A stretch of 50,821 bases of DNA from Candidatus Fermentithermobacillaceae bacterium (GCA_012842425.1 DUSU01000099.1:1-50821), one strand, 5' to 3'. Positions 1-9,778 are shown, numbered from the stretch's first letter. Numbers and translations: made by a program. Notes: generated from the sequence alone by a model not told the origin.

Positions 1-238
1 AGAGAAGAAAGAGCCAAGAGATAGCCCTCAGCGCAAGGGTACGTAGACTCGCCTCGCTGGTGTCACCCAACCTTGTCCTTTTCTTCCCGGTCTGTCACGT
101 AGCATAGCCTATTCGGCAACAGCCTCCGATACAATACTTGTCGGCGCAGGTGAGTACGAAGAGAACCTGATAATCAACGGAAAGAAGATCGTACTCCTGT
201 CCACGGACGGTGCCGAAGCAACCATCATAAAGCCTGCT

Positions 239-2947
239 GTGAAAGACGAAGATACGATCCATATTACTGGCAACACAGATGGGGTCCAGATCGGTAGTGA
301 GGATTACGGGTTCACAATCATAGGGGCCGATGGACCTCCGGGTATCGAGAGGGCTGCAATCTACCTGCAAGGACCTCACTCTAACACACATATCGAAGGT
401 AACGTCATTGAAGCCAACGGGGATTCAGCGATCCTCACCGAGTGGGGTGCTGCGGTTTCCGGCCTTGTGATAACTGGGAACGAGATCTCCGGTAAGACCT
501 TCGCCGGAGACCATCCTGCAGGACAGGGCACGCAAGAGCAGTACACGCTACCGAACGTCCCACGTGCACTCGTGTACATTGGTGGGACGAATAAAGCCAA
601 CATCACCTTCACTCACAACCAAGTCACCGGTGTGGCCGGAGGACGAAACGAGAAAGGCAAGCCCCAGGGCAATGCCGTTGTCAACATCGATTCTGTCGGT
701 GCGCTGATTGCGCATAACTCCTTCTCAGGCCATACAGCCTGGACAGGAGCTAGCCTCCGAGCCAGGGGGACCGACACGGTCATCAGAGACAACGTGTTCT
801 CCAGCGGCCCCTTGCTAGGCGTCCATGTGTTCCTCGGTAACGGCACTGTTGTGGGCGGGGCCGATGCTGTGGTGGCATCGAACACCTTTGACCGTGCCGC
901 TCACGTCGTGGGTGGATCCCAGGTGTTCAGCAATATCCAGAGCGCTGTTGATGCCGCCTCATCCGGAGATACGGTTAAGGTTGCAGCCGGAACATACCTG
1001 GAGAATGTGGTCATTCGCGGAGGTAAGGATAAACTGAGACTGACCGGAGCAGGGTCTGAGAAGACGACCATTGCGCCTGTGTCTGGCCGTGCAGTTGCTC
1101 TGCAGGGCTACCCGGAAGGGCGTCCCATCAGTCGTATCGAGATTGAAGGCTTTACACTCAAGCCGGTCGACGGTGCTCCCTTGATTGCCCTTTCATCTAC
1201 CCCGGACAACAATCCTTACACCAAGGACCTGGTTCTTCGTGATATCGTGATTGCTCAAGGGCAATTGGGCATCATCCTAAACGCAGTCGACGGTGTCACA
1301 CTCGAAGATGTGCATCTGAGCAACGTCGCTGGTGAAGCGGGTGCGCTAGAACTGAGTGGTGTCAGTGGGTTTACAGCCACAGGATGCACGTTTGAGAATA
1401 ACAAAGTCGCTATTAGGCTGCAGCCCACTGGTGAAGGTGACATCGGACAAGGATACGGACCAAACGGTGTTATCGTGATCACTCAATCCACCTTCCAGGG
1501 GAACGAGATCGACATCGACAACCAGGACGACGAAGTCAAGATTGATGCTTCGCTCAACTGGTGGGGAGACAAGAGGGGCCCCGACGGTGATAAGTTACTG
1601 GGTGAGGTCAAGTCTGTTCCTTGGTACGTAGATGCCAATATGACCACGCAATCTGACCAACTAGCGCTCACCTGTCAGATCGACGGCAATGGCAGTGTCA
1701 CTTTAAGGCTGGGTGACAATGAGTACAAGCACGACGAAGACGTATTATGGAACTATGGAGACGAGGTGCAGCTTGTCGCAACGCCAGGTTCGGGCTGGAG
1801 ATTCTCCAGGTGGGAAGGCGACATCAGCGGGGCCCCGGCTACTTCACGCGAGATTGCCATCGTTATGGATGGTAACAAGGCTGTCACGGCCGTATTCACG
1901 AGAATACCCACTGACCCGGGTCCAGGGACAGGTGGTCCTCCCAGCGGGCCAGTTGAGCCTCCTGTCATCGCTCCGTCGGTAACCGGAACGGTAGAAGCCG
2001 AGGTCGGCGGGACGGTTGAACTCGAAGACGGAAGCGCAGCGGTGGAACTGCCTGCCAACGCGGTTCCGGAAGACGTGACCGTGACGTTGGCTCCTGTGAC
2101 CGAGGTCACCCAGCCTACTACTGGCATGGTCATGATAGCCGGAAAGGTCTTCGAGATTACGGCTGAGACCGAAGACGGGGAGCTCGTCACCCAGTTCTCC
2201 GAGCCCATAACCCTCACGTTCAAACTGACTCAGGAGGAACTGGAGGAAGCCGGGGTGGACGTTGACGACCTCAAGGTCTTCTACTGGGATGAGAAGGCGG
2301 GAGCATGGATAGCTCTACCCACCAGGGTTGATCCTGAGACGGGTACGGTCACGGCTGTAACCGACCACTTCACGGTGTTCGCCGTCATGGCCAAGCCCGA
2401 CATGCCCGCGCTCAGCGACATAGAAGGTCACTGGGGTGAGAAGGATATCCTGAGGCTGGTAAGCCTTGGAGTTGTAGGCGGCTACGAAGACGGCACGTTC
2501 CGTCCCGAGGCCGGGATCACCAGGCAGGAATTCGCGAAGATGGTGGTACTGGCGGCAGGTCTTGAGCCTGATGTCGAACCCGAGCTTACCTTCGCGGATA
2601 CAGATGAGATCGCAGAGTGGGCGAGAGGGTACGTGTCTGCGGCTGTGAAGGCCGGGATCATCACCGGAGTAGGCGACAACCGCTTTGCTCCGACAGACCC
2701 GGTGACCAGGGCTCAGGCAGCCACGATGATAATGAGGTCGCTCGGCGAGGTAGAGACGGCTCTCGAACTCACGTTTGCGGATGCCGAGACGATCCCCGAG
2801 TGGGCCAAGGCGGCGATCTTGGGTGCCGTGGAGAAGGGTATCGTGACCGGGTTTGAAGACAACACCTTCAAGCCTGACCTTAGCGCCACAAGGGTTCAGG
2901 CTGCGAAGATGCTTTCGAAACTCACCGTGGTGAGGTTCGAAGACTAG
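239..2947 (+). CDS. SLH-domain cell-surface protein with right-handed beta-helix repeats, a Listeria-Bacteroides-type repeat and three C-terminal SLH domains
   Basis: 902-aa ORF. It has periodic beta-helix-like turns (ITGNEISG, FTHNQVTG, IAHNSFSG, IRDNVFSS, FQGNEIDI). GWRFSRWEGDISG...KAVTAVF fits the Listeria-Bacteroides repeat pattern, followed by a P/G-rich linker. Three tandem SLH-like units close the protein (GHWGEKDILRLVSLGVVGGYEDGTFRP; FADTDEIAEWARGYVSAAVKAGIITG; FADAETIPEWAKAAILGAVEKGIVTGFEDNTFKP). The 5' end is unresolved (see finding). Confidence 0.8.
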   Translation: MKDEDTIHITGNTDGVQIGSEDYGFTIIGADGPPGIERAAIYLQGPHSNTHIEGNVIEANGDSAILTEWGAAVSGLVITGNEISGKTFAGDHPAGQGTQEQYTLPNVPRALVYIGGTNKANITFTHNQVTGVAGGRNEKGKPQGNAVVNIDSVGALIAHNSFSGHTAWTGASLRARGTDTVIRDNVFSSGPLLGVHVFLGNGTVVGGADAVVASNTFDRAAHVVGGSQVFSNIQSAVDAASSGDTVKVAAGTYLENVVIRGGKDKLRLTGAGSEKTTIAPVSGRAVALQGYPEGRPISRIEIEGFTLKPVDGAPLIALSSTPDNNPYTKDLVLRDIVIAQGQLGIILNAVDGVTLEDVHLSNVAGEAGALELSGVSGFTATGCTFENNKVAIRLQPTGEGDIGQGYGPNGVIVITQSTFQGNEIDIDNQDDEVKIDASLNWWGDKRGPDGDKLLGEVKSVPWYVDANMTTQSDQLALTCQIDGNGSVTLRLGDNEYKHDEDVLWNYGDEVQLVATPGSGWRFSRWEGDISGAPATSREIAIVMDGNKAVTAVFTRIPTDPGPGTGGPPSGPVEPPVIAPSVTGTVEAEVGGTVELEDGSAAVELPANAVPEDVTVTLAPVTEVTQPTTGMVMIAGKVFEITAETEDGELVTQFSEPITLTFKLTQEELEEAGVDVDDLKVFYWDEKAGAWIALPTRVDPETGTVTAVTDHFTVFAVMAKPDMPALSDIEGHWGEKDILRLVSLGVVGGYEDGTFRPEAGITRQEFAKMVVLAAGLEPDVEPELTFADTDEIAEWARGYVSAAVKAGIITGVGDNRFAPTDPVTRAQAATMIMRSLGEVETALELTFADAETIPEWAKAAILGAVEKGIVTGFEDNTFKPDLSATRVQAAKMLSKLTVVRFED

Positions 2948-2982
2948 AGATAGGACCTAGACGGTTCGAGCATGAGCGCGCT

Positions 2983-3018
2983 GCCTCAGGTGGGAGATAT
3001 CTCACCTGAGGCTTTCTT
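2983..3018 (+). terminator. Rho-independent terminator after the SLH gene
   Basis: GCCTCAGGTGGGAGAT / ATCTCACCTGAGGC inverted repeat with one bulged G (2983-3012), followed by TTTCTT. It begins 36 nt after the TAG stop. Confidence 0.65.
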
Positions 3019-3352
3019 GTGCGCAGGGCTGGTGCCGCCCGTAAGCTGAGGACCTCTACGGCGGACACAGCAGCAACCATAGCCGGTCTTAGCCTTGCCT
3101 GGTCCCGCTCAAGCGAAAGCTTACGAAATCTTTCGGAAGCTTGAGAAAAGCCCTGGCGAGGAGGAGACAGCCCGGGGCGGCAATAACTAGGAGACAGAAA
3201 CACAGGACAGCCATCACACAGCCATCACGAAGAGGCAACGATCAAGGGCAAGAAGGGGAAGGGCTTGGATATCGCTCCATGAGCAAAACCGGGCAACGCG
3301 GCAAGAGAGCGATCAGATATCGGAGGCTTAGAGATCCGAGGGGGTATTTCTT

Positions 3353-4144
3353 ATGCCTGCTACATCTAGCGAAGCCGAAACTAGGGGCGATCCTCCGGCG
3401 GACCGGTTCCGCTACACCGACCTCCACTGCCACATACTGCCCGGGATGGATGACGGCGTTTCAAGTTGGGATGAAGCCATCGCCCTGGCCAAGAACGCAG
3501 TGAAGAGCGGCGCTTTTCGAGTTGTCGCCACACCCCATGTGATGCGGGGCGTGTATGCCCCAAGGCCCGGCGACATCAAAGAAAAGGTTCTCGAACTCAA
3601 GTCTCGCCTCCGCGACTCTGGTATTTCCTTGGCCGTAACTCCGGGTTCTGAAGTATACCTTGCCTCCGGGACGGCTCGCGAGTACCGGGCGGGCAAACTG
3701 CAGACCATCGGCGACGCCGGTTACCTCTTGGTCGAGCTCCCGCCCCTACGTTTGCCGGCGTACGCGCGGTCTGAACTCAATGCTCTACGCGCGGCCGGCG
3801 CGGGAGTGATACTTGCCCACCCCGAAAGAAACCGGGGGCTCTGCCGGAACCTAAAGGTCCTCACGGAGCTCCTTGACTACGGCGTTCTCTTCCAGATCAA
3901 CGCCGGGAGCCTTACCGGCGCTTTCGGCAAAGAGGCGCAGGGCTGCGCCGAGTTCCTGGTGAGGGAGGGCCTCGTCCACTTCATAGGCTCAGACGCCCAT
4001 TCGGGACTGCCTGCGGGAGTCTCCGGTGTCGGAGCAGACATTTCAGAAGCTCTCGAACGGCTGGTGAGGCTTTCTCCTTCCGGCTCCGCCTTCCTGGATC
4101 AGGTTGAGGCGAGAGTTATGAGGCTATTGTCAGGGAAACTGTGA
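3353..4144 (+). CDS. CpsB/YwqE-type PHP-domain protein-tyrosine phosphatase
   Basis: 263-aa ORF carrying the hallmark DLHCHILPGMDDG near the N-terminus, plus later ATPH, AHPERN and GSDAHS metal-ligand-like motifs. GAGGGGG lies 8 nt upstream of the ATG. Confidence 0.75.
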   Translation: MPATSSEAETRGDPPADRFRYTDLHCHILPGMDDGVSSWDEAIALAKNAVKSGAFRVVATPHVMRGVYAPRPGDIKEKVLELKSRLRDSGISLAVTPGSEVYLASGTAREYRAGKLQTIGDAGYLLVELPPLRLPAYARSELNALRAAGAGVILAHPERNRGLCRNLKVLTELLDYGVLFQINAGSLTGAFGKEAQGCAEFLVREGLVHFIGSDAHSGLPAGVSGVGADISEALERLVRLSPSGSAFLDQVEARVMRLLSGKL

Positions 4145-4309
4145 GCGCGCCGCTCTCGCTGCACTGCTCTACTCTACTTGCTTCGAGTTTTCAAGATGAT
4201 TTAGGAAAACCCGGCTCTTCCTTTCCCCGATACCAAAGAAAATCCAAGCGAGCGAGGTAAATTCCCTCCGTTACTCTTTCGATACATAGGGAGCAGGGGG
4301 GGATTCCTT

Positions 4310-4825
4310 ATGTCCATTGAAGAGACAAGGACTGCTACAGATTCTTCATCAGGTGGAGAGCGCCAGATAGTGGCCTTTTCGCTAGGGCAGGAAACGTATG
4401 GTGTGGATATTGCCTCGGTCCGCGAGATCATCCCCATCCAGAAGATAGTCCCTGTTCCACGCGCTCCTGACTTCGTGGAGGGCATCATCAATCTCCGCGG
4501 GAGAATCGTCCCGGTCCTCGACCTCCGCAAGCAGTTCGGCTTTGAAGAGAAAAAGGGCGACCCGAACCAGCGTATCGTGCTGGTTGAAGCCGGACAGGAC
4601 TCGATCGGCGTTATCGTGGACTCGGTTTCTTCCGTGCTCAGGATCTCCGAGGGTTCAATCGAGCCGGCAGCCACCGTGGTGGTGGGCAATGAGATTGAGT
4701 ATATCCAGGGTATCGCCAAGGTCGGAGAAGAGCTGATCGTGCTCCTTGACCTAACCAGAATCATATCGGATGCCGAGAAGCGGACTCTTCGCGAGGCCGA
4801 TCTCCGGGCAGCCGTAGTGCAGTGA
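4310..4825 (+). CDS. cheW: Chemotaxis coupling protein CheW
   Basis: 171 aa. FSLGQETYGVDIASVREIIPIQKIVPVPRAPDFVEGIINLRGRIVPVLDLRKQFG is a typical CheW-domain core. The gene sits directly upstream of cheA. Confidence 0.9.
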   Translation: MSIEETRTATDSSSGGERQIVAFSLGQETYGVDIASVREIIPIQKIVPVPRAPDFVEGIINLRGRIVPVLDLRKQFGFEEKKGDPNQRIVLVEAGQDSIGVIVDSVSSVLRISEGSIEPAATVVVGNEIEYIQGIAKVGEELIVLLDLTRIISDAEKRTLREADLRAAVVQ

Positions 4826-4832
4826 GGACGAT

Positions 4833-7025
4833 ATGGCAGACATTCGCGATGAGTTTGGGCAAGATCTCGAGATCTTGCTGGCCGAGGTAGGAGAGCTCCT
4901 GGCCGTCACCGAAGAAAGCCTGGTCGAGCTCGAGAAGTCGCCTGATAACGCGGATATCGTCCAAGAACTCTTCCGCGTCATGCACACCATCAAGGGTGGC
5001 GCCGCGACCTTAGGGCTTCAGGAAGCGGTTGACGTAAGCCACGGTATGGAGAGCATCCTCGACCAGATACGTTCCGGGGAGAGGACACTTACCACCGAGC
5101 TCCTAAACGTGCTCTTTCAGGCGGTAGACTGGCTGAAAGAGTGGAAAGCGGCCCTTACAGAGAGACGTGAAGTCCCTCCAAACGCCGAATTGGTGGAGAT
5201 CATACGGATTGCGGCCTCTGAGGTTGCTGCGACAAGCACTGAGGGAGGGCAGTCTGACGCTGGAGTTGCGAGCGCCGGAACTGCCGGCTCCATATCTGCC
5301 GGTCACGATTCTGCGGCGCCCGCTGAGGCTTGCGATGAGACAACGAAGAGCCTGGACACGGCCGTCTCCGAGGGCAAGAATGTTTCGGTATTGACGGTCA
5401 GGTTCCGTTCCGATGCGCCTCTTCTCTCGGTGCGTTGCTTCCAGATACTCACCTTGCTCGACGACATAGTGGAAGTGGTGGCTTCGACGCCTTCACGAGA
5501 GGAAATCGAGGAGGACAAGGCCACTTCTACGCTGCTTGTTTACATAGTTGCAGACGATGGCGGCGAAGCGGCCAGGGAACTGGTCACCGCCAGCCCGGAT
5601 GTCTCAGAGGTGACGCTCGAGAAGTATCAGCATGCCGGCCGGGGTGATGCCATCAGGAATGGTGTCGCCCACGGTGAGGCGTCGGGAGCCGGAGCTCCCG
5701 GAGTCAAGTTGCCCGGGGCCGGAGCAGCGGGCGCCGACACAGCCGTAGGAACCTCGAAAGCCGGGGCATCTGGAGAGCACACGGGCGGAACCGCAAGGTC
5801 TGCTCCGGCCAAACCCGGGCAATCAAATCAGGACGCGCCGGTCCCCCGGAGGTCAGAGCTCGGAAGGACCGTAAGGGTGGATGTCGGCCTCTTGGACTTC
5901 CTCATGAACATGGTGGGCGAGCTCGTCATCGACAGGACGAGGCTCTCGCAGATAGCCACACAGCTCATGAGAAACCCCGATACGGCAGCCGTCGGCAGCG
6001 AGATCGGGTCTCTCGCAGCTCACCTCCAGAGGACATCCTCGGAGCTGCAAGAAGGTATCATGCAGGCCAGGCTCCTGCCGGTGAAGAGCATCTTCTCCAA
6101 GTTCCCCAGGATGATGCGGGACCTCAGCCGTCGCTGCGGGAAAGAGATCGACTTCGAGATCGAGGGCGAAAACACCGAGCTCGACCGGACGGTCCTCGAG
6201 GCCATCGACGACCCACTTATCCACATCCTCAGAAACTCCGTGGATCACGGGATAGAGCTGCCTGAAAAACGTATCGCGGCGGGTAAGTCCCCGAGAGGGC
6301 GGGTAGTGCTGTCGGCGGTCCACGAGGAGAACCAGGTGGTTGTGAGGGTCGAGGACGACGGCGCAGGCATAGATGCGGAGAAAGTAAAGCGTTCGGCTGT
6401 CAGGAAAGGACTCATCTCAGAGGAAGTAGCCCAGAAACTCTCTGAGAAGGAGGCTCTGGAGCTCATCTTTATGCCCGGGTTCTCGACTGCCGAAGTGGCA
6501 ACCGAGGTTTCGGGACGCGGAGTCGGTATGGACGTGGTGAGAGCCAACCTTGAGAAGGTTAACGGCCAGATCGAGGTGCGCACGAAACTGGGTGAGGGCA
6601 CCGTGGTCACCCTCAGGCTACCTCTCACCCTCGCCATCATGCGGGCCCTCTTGGTGAGATGCAAGGATCAAGTCTACGCTATCCCCACATCATCGGTGGA
6701 AGAGGTCTTGTCCATGGCCGACGTCACCGTTGGAAGCATTCAGGGGAAACCCGCCATGAACGTCAGGGGAAAGGTAATCCCGCTTATCTCCCTGGAAGGT
6801 GCCCTCAGAGACGACCTCTGGTCAGGTAACGGACACAGGTATGCTCTTCTCACCAGGTCCAGCGACCAGCCGCTGGCGCTCGGCGTGGACGGACTCATTG
6901 GTGAAGAGGAGATCGTGGTCAAAGAGATGGGGCACATGCTTTCAAGGCTCAAGGGCATAGCGGGCGCGACGATACTAGCCCAAGGGGATCCTGCAGTAAT
7001 CCTGGATGTCAACAGGGTTATCTAG
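4833..7025 (+). CDS. cheA: Chemotaxis histidine kinase CheA
   Basis: 730 aa. Hpt motif HTIKGGAATLG; dimerisation region; HATPase boxes HILRNSVDHGIE, EDDGAGID and GRGVGMDVV; C-terminal CheW-like domain. Ala/Gly-rich linkers separate the domains. Confidence 0.95.
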   Translation: MADIRDEFGQDLEILLAEVGELLAVTEESLVELEKSPDNADIVQELFRVMHTIKGGAATLGLQEAVDVSHGMESILDQIRSGERTLTTELLNVLFQAVDWLKEWKAALTERREVPPNAELVEIIRIAASEVAATSTEGGQSDAGVASAGTAGSISAGHDSAAPAEACDETTKSLDTAVSEGKNVSVLTVRFRSDAPLLSVRCFQILTLLDDIVEVVASTPSREEIEEDKATSTLLVYIVADDGGEAARELVTASPDVSEVTLEKYQHAGRGDAIRNGVAHGEASGAGAPGVKLPGAGAAGADTAVGTSKAGASGEHTGGTARSAPAKPGQSNQDAPVPRRSELGRTVRVDVGLLDFLMNMVGELVIDRTRLSQIATQLMRNPDTAAVGSEIGSLAAHLQRTSSELQEGIMQARLLPVKSIFSKFPRMMRDLSRRCGKEIDFEIEGENTELDRTVLEAIDDPLIHILRNSVDHGIELPEKRIAAGKSPRGRVVLSAVHEENQVVVRVEDDGAGIDAEKVKRSAVRKGLISEEVAQKLSEKEALELIFMPGFSTAEVATEVSGRGVGMDVVRANLEKVNGQIEVRTKLGEGTVVTLRLPLTLAIMRALLVRCKDQVYAIPTSSVEEVLSMADVTVGSIQGKPAMNVRGKVIPLISLEGALRDDLWSGNGHRYALLTRSSDQPLALGVDGLIGEEEIVVKEMGHMLSRLKGIAGATILAQGDPAVILDVNRVI

Positions 7026-7103
7026 AGGATAGAGGCTGTCCCGGAGCCGCTTGGAAACTCCCAGGAGTCGTGAGGCATCGTCTTACATCTGTGTGGAGGA
7101 GTT

Positions 7104-7706
7104 ATGCAAAAAGAAGCGCTGGAGTATTCGCGGTTCCATGAGTTGGCCGTCCTTGGGCTGGAAAGGGCTAGGGCGGTCCTCTCGGCTTATACCGGGAGGC
7201 CTCTCAGGCTGGCAGCGGTGCGTAGCGATTATGTCGAGCTAAACAGAGTGCCGTTCCTCTCCGGCCCGCCCGAACAGGTAGTGCTCAGTTCTTATGTGAC
7301 TTTCGGTGGGGATATAGAAGGGCAGCTCCTGATATTCTTCAGACCCGAGTCGGTCGAGAAACTGGCAAGTCTCCTGGCGCCCCACGTCTTCGGACCCCTT
7401 GGAGGCCAAAGGAGCGCCGCCCTACTTGACTCGCTGATCGGCGAGATCGCAAACGTGGTCGGTTCGGCCGTCCTCAACGAGGTGGCGGACGGTTTCAACA
7501 TCAAAATCGTACCCGTGCCTCCTGTGATTGTCCGGGAGATGGCGGGAGCGGTCATAAGCACCGCCACGGCTTACGCGGGGTTGGATGGCGACTCGGCTTA
7601 CGTGGCCTACATGAAAGCCACGCTCGATGAGGAGAACGCGAGTTTTGAGATAGTATTCCTGCCCAGGATGGGCAATTTGCAGGGCACATCACAGAAGACG
7701 GTGTAA
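7104..7706 (+). CDS. cheC: CheC-family CheY-P phosphatase
   Basis: 200 aa, placed between cheA and cheD. The second-half site SLIGEIAN-x22-P fits the CheC consensus (D/S)-x3-E-x2-N-x22-P. The first-half site (SRFHELAV) lacks the Asn. GGAGGAG RBS before the ATG. Confidence 0.8.
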   Translation: MQKEALEYSRFHELAVLGLERARAVLSAYTGRPLRLAAVRSDYVELNRVPFLSGPPEQVVLSSYVTFGGDIEGQLLIFFRPESVEKLASLLAPHVFGPLGGQRSAALLDSLIGEIANVVGSAVLNEVADGFNIKIVPVPPVIVREMAGAVISTATAYAGLDGDSAYVAYMKATLDEENASFEIVFLPRMGNLQGTSQKTV

Positions 7707-7710
7707 TCGG

Positions 7711-8235
7711 ATGCGGAATTCCCTAGTAGTCGGCCTTGCTGAGGTTAAATGGTCGGTTTTGCCTGAGGACGTCTTGGTGGCGTTCTCGCTGGGTTCCTGC
7801 GTCGGGGTGGCGCTCTGGGACCCCGTGCTTAAGGCCGGGGCGATGGCCCACGTCATGTTGCCTTCTTCATCGAGGGGCAGGAAACCGGCAGAAAACGGTG
7901 TGGATGCCTGCCGGATTTCTCGCTTTGAGAAGCCGGGCAAGTACGCAGATACCGCAGTCGAGTACGCGGTTCGATGCCTCACTGCCATAGGGGCCGAACC
8001 GTCGAGGATGGTGGTGTGGATGGCAGGGGGAGCCCACGTCATTCCCGGGTTCACTCTGCCGACCGGTGACATCGGAGCAGCCAATATCCGGGCCGTAAGC
8101 GAAACTCTCAAGCGGCTCGGCCTTCCTGAACCAAGACAGGATGTTGGCGGGGACTACGGACGCACCATGAGGCTCTACGTTGGCGAAGGACGGGCTACCG
8201 TGTACTCGGTCTCGCGCGGCGAGAAAGAGATCTAG
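7711..8235 (+). CDS. cheD: Chemoreceptor glutamine deamidase CheD
   Basis: 174 aa. LGSCVGVALWDP (catalytic Cys context) and GAMAHVMLPSS are typical CheD motifs. Adjacent to cheC. Confidence 0.9.
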   Translation: MRNSLVVGLAEVKWSVLPEDVLVAFSLGSCVGVALWDPVLKAGAMAHVMLPSSSRGRKPAENGVDACRISRFEKPGKYADTAVEYAVRCLTAIGAEPSRMVVWMAGGAHVIPGFTLPTGDIGAANIRAVSETLKRLGLPEPRQDVGGDYGRTMRLYVGEGRATVYSVSRGEKEI

Positions 8236-8285
8236 AAGAAGACAGTCTCAATGGGCAATAGGCAATGTGGAAAGGGTGAAAAAGG

Positions 8286-8648
8286 TTGCCGAAAGTGTTG
8301 GTTGTCGACGATGCCATGTTCATGAGGTCAAAGGCATCAAAGCTGCTGTCCCAAGAAGGGTACGAAGTGGTCGAAGCATCCAACGGGGCTGAAGCAGTAG
8401 AGGCATACAAGGCCGAAAAGCCGGACCTGGTACTCATGGACATCACCATGCCCGTCATGGATGGAATCGAAGCGGTGAAGAATATCAAGGCTTACGACAG
8501 TGAAGCTAAGGTCGTAATGGTCACGGCTCTCGGCCAGAGGAGCATGGTCCTGGAGGCCATTCGGGCAGGTGCCAAGGATTTTGTCGTCAAGCCGTTCCAG
8601 GCGGACAAGCTTCTTGAGGCAGTGAAAAGACTGTGCCCGAATGCCTAA
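8286..8648 (+). CDS. cheY: Chemotaxis response regulator CheY
   Basis: 120-aa single receiver domain: VLVVDDAMFMR, LVLMDITMP (phospho-Asp context), VVMVTALG, DFVVKPF. The start could be TTG 8286 or GTG 8295. Confidence 0.9.
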   Translation: MPKVLVVDDAMFMRSKASKLLSQEGYEVVEASNGAEAVEAYKAEKPDLVLMDITMPVMDGIEAVKNIKAYDSEAKVVMVTALGQRSMVLEAIRAGAKDFVVKPFQADKLLEAVKRLCPNA

Positions 8649-9739
8649 CCGGAAGCACTCATAAGAGGGTATCTGTCCTCATCGCGGATGACTCCGTTTT
8701 CATGAGGCATATGCTGCGGCGTATTCTCGGACGGCATCCTCGGATAGAGGTTGTCGCGGAAGCCCGGGACGGGCTTGAGGCAATCGAGAAAAACCAGCAG
8801 GTTATGCCGGACGTAGTCGTCCTGGATGTGGAAATGCCCCGGGTGGACGGACTATCGGCCCTCAAGGTCATGATGGCCCAGAGGCCTGTCCCGGTAGTAA
8901 TGTTCTCATCGCTCACCCACAAGGGAGCGCAAGTTACGCTGGAAGCGCTCTCAGCGGGAGCCGTAGACTTCCTGCCCAAACCTGCTTCGGGGTTTGAGCT
9001 GGACACGGCGGCAGAGGAGCTGTGCCGGAAAGTACTGGCGGCGGCTTGCGCAAAACCCCGGGTGAGGGAAGAGCTCGTGGTCGCGAACAGAGAAGCTGTG
9101 CGCCCAAGCCAGCAAGCGGAGCCAAGCGACCTGAAGGCTCACCGCGAAGCGGGAGCTCTCGTCATCATCGGTGCTTCAGCAGGTGGCCCGCAAGCACTTG
9201 AGGAGTTGGTGCCGGACCTGCCGGGAGACCTTGAGTCGGGCGTCATAGTCTGCCAGCATATGCCCGCGGGGTTTACCGCTTCCATGGCCAGAAGGTTGGA
9301 TACGGTCTCTGCGCTTCCGGTACGGGAAGCGTCTGACGGAGAGGTGGTCCGCGCAGGGGAGATCCTTGTGGCGCCCGGAGGGTATCATCTCAGGGTTTTC
9401 CGGAGCGAAGGTGGCAAGGGCGTCAGGGTCTCCAGGGACAACGCGCCTCCCGTACACGGCGTAAGACCTGCGGTGGACGTAACGCTTGAGGACGCCGCTT
9501 CCATATACGGAAAAAGGCTAATGGTAGTCATCCTTTCGGGAATGGGAAGCGATGGGTCGCGCGGGGCAAAGAAGGCCAAAGAAAGTGGCGCCAGAGTGAT
9601 CGTGCAGGATGAGAGCACTTCGGTTGTGTGGGGTATGCCCAGAGCTTGCTATGAACTGGGGATCTCAGACAAGATGTTGCCCATTGACCAGATAGCGGGA
9701 GAGATTGCGGCGTTCTCGCACTCCGCGCTTGCGCACTGA
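8633..9739 (+). CDS. cheB: Protein-glutamate methylesterase CheB
   Basis: 368 aa. N-terminal receiver (VLIADDSVFMR, VVVLDVEMP) plus esterase domain with GASAGGPQAL, CQHMPAGFT and LSGMGSDG (Ser-His-Asp contexts). It overlaps the cheY end by 16 nt, so the start is provisional. Confidence 0.9.
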   Translation: MPECLTGSTHKRVSVLIADDSVFMRHMLRRILGRHPRIEVVAEARDGLEAIEKNQQVMPDVVVLDVEMPRVDGLSALKVMMAQRPVPVVMFSSLTHKGAQVTLEALSAGAVDFLPKPASGFELDTAAEELCRKVLAAACAKPRVREELVVANREAVRPSQQAEPSDLKAHREAGALVIIGASAGGPQALEELVPDLPGDLESGVIVCQHMPAGFTASMARRLDTVSALPVREASDGEVVRAGEILVAPGGYHLRVFRSEGGKGVRVSRDNAPPVHGVRPAVDVTLEDAASIYGKRLMVVILSGMGSDGSRGAKKAKESGARVIVQDESTSVVWGMPRACYELGISDKMLPIDQIAGEIAAFSHSALAH

Positions 9740-9778
9740 TGCGCGGCTCTTGAGCGTTGAGATCTTGAGCGTGAGTAG

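Noticed and set aside
3141-3503. 120-aa Arg-rich + strand ORF spanning the spacer and the start of the phosphatase gene
   Set aside because: It has a low-complexity basic translation, no RBS, and overlaps the recognisable YwqE-type ORF in another frame.
4227-4232. CCGATA upstream of cheW, considered as the -10 element of a sigma-D/sigma-28 promoter
   Set aside because: There is no TAAA -35 element at 15-16 bp upstream (only AAAA at 17 bp), and the last position deviates (CCGATAC). This is not convincing.
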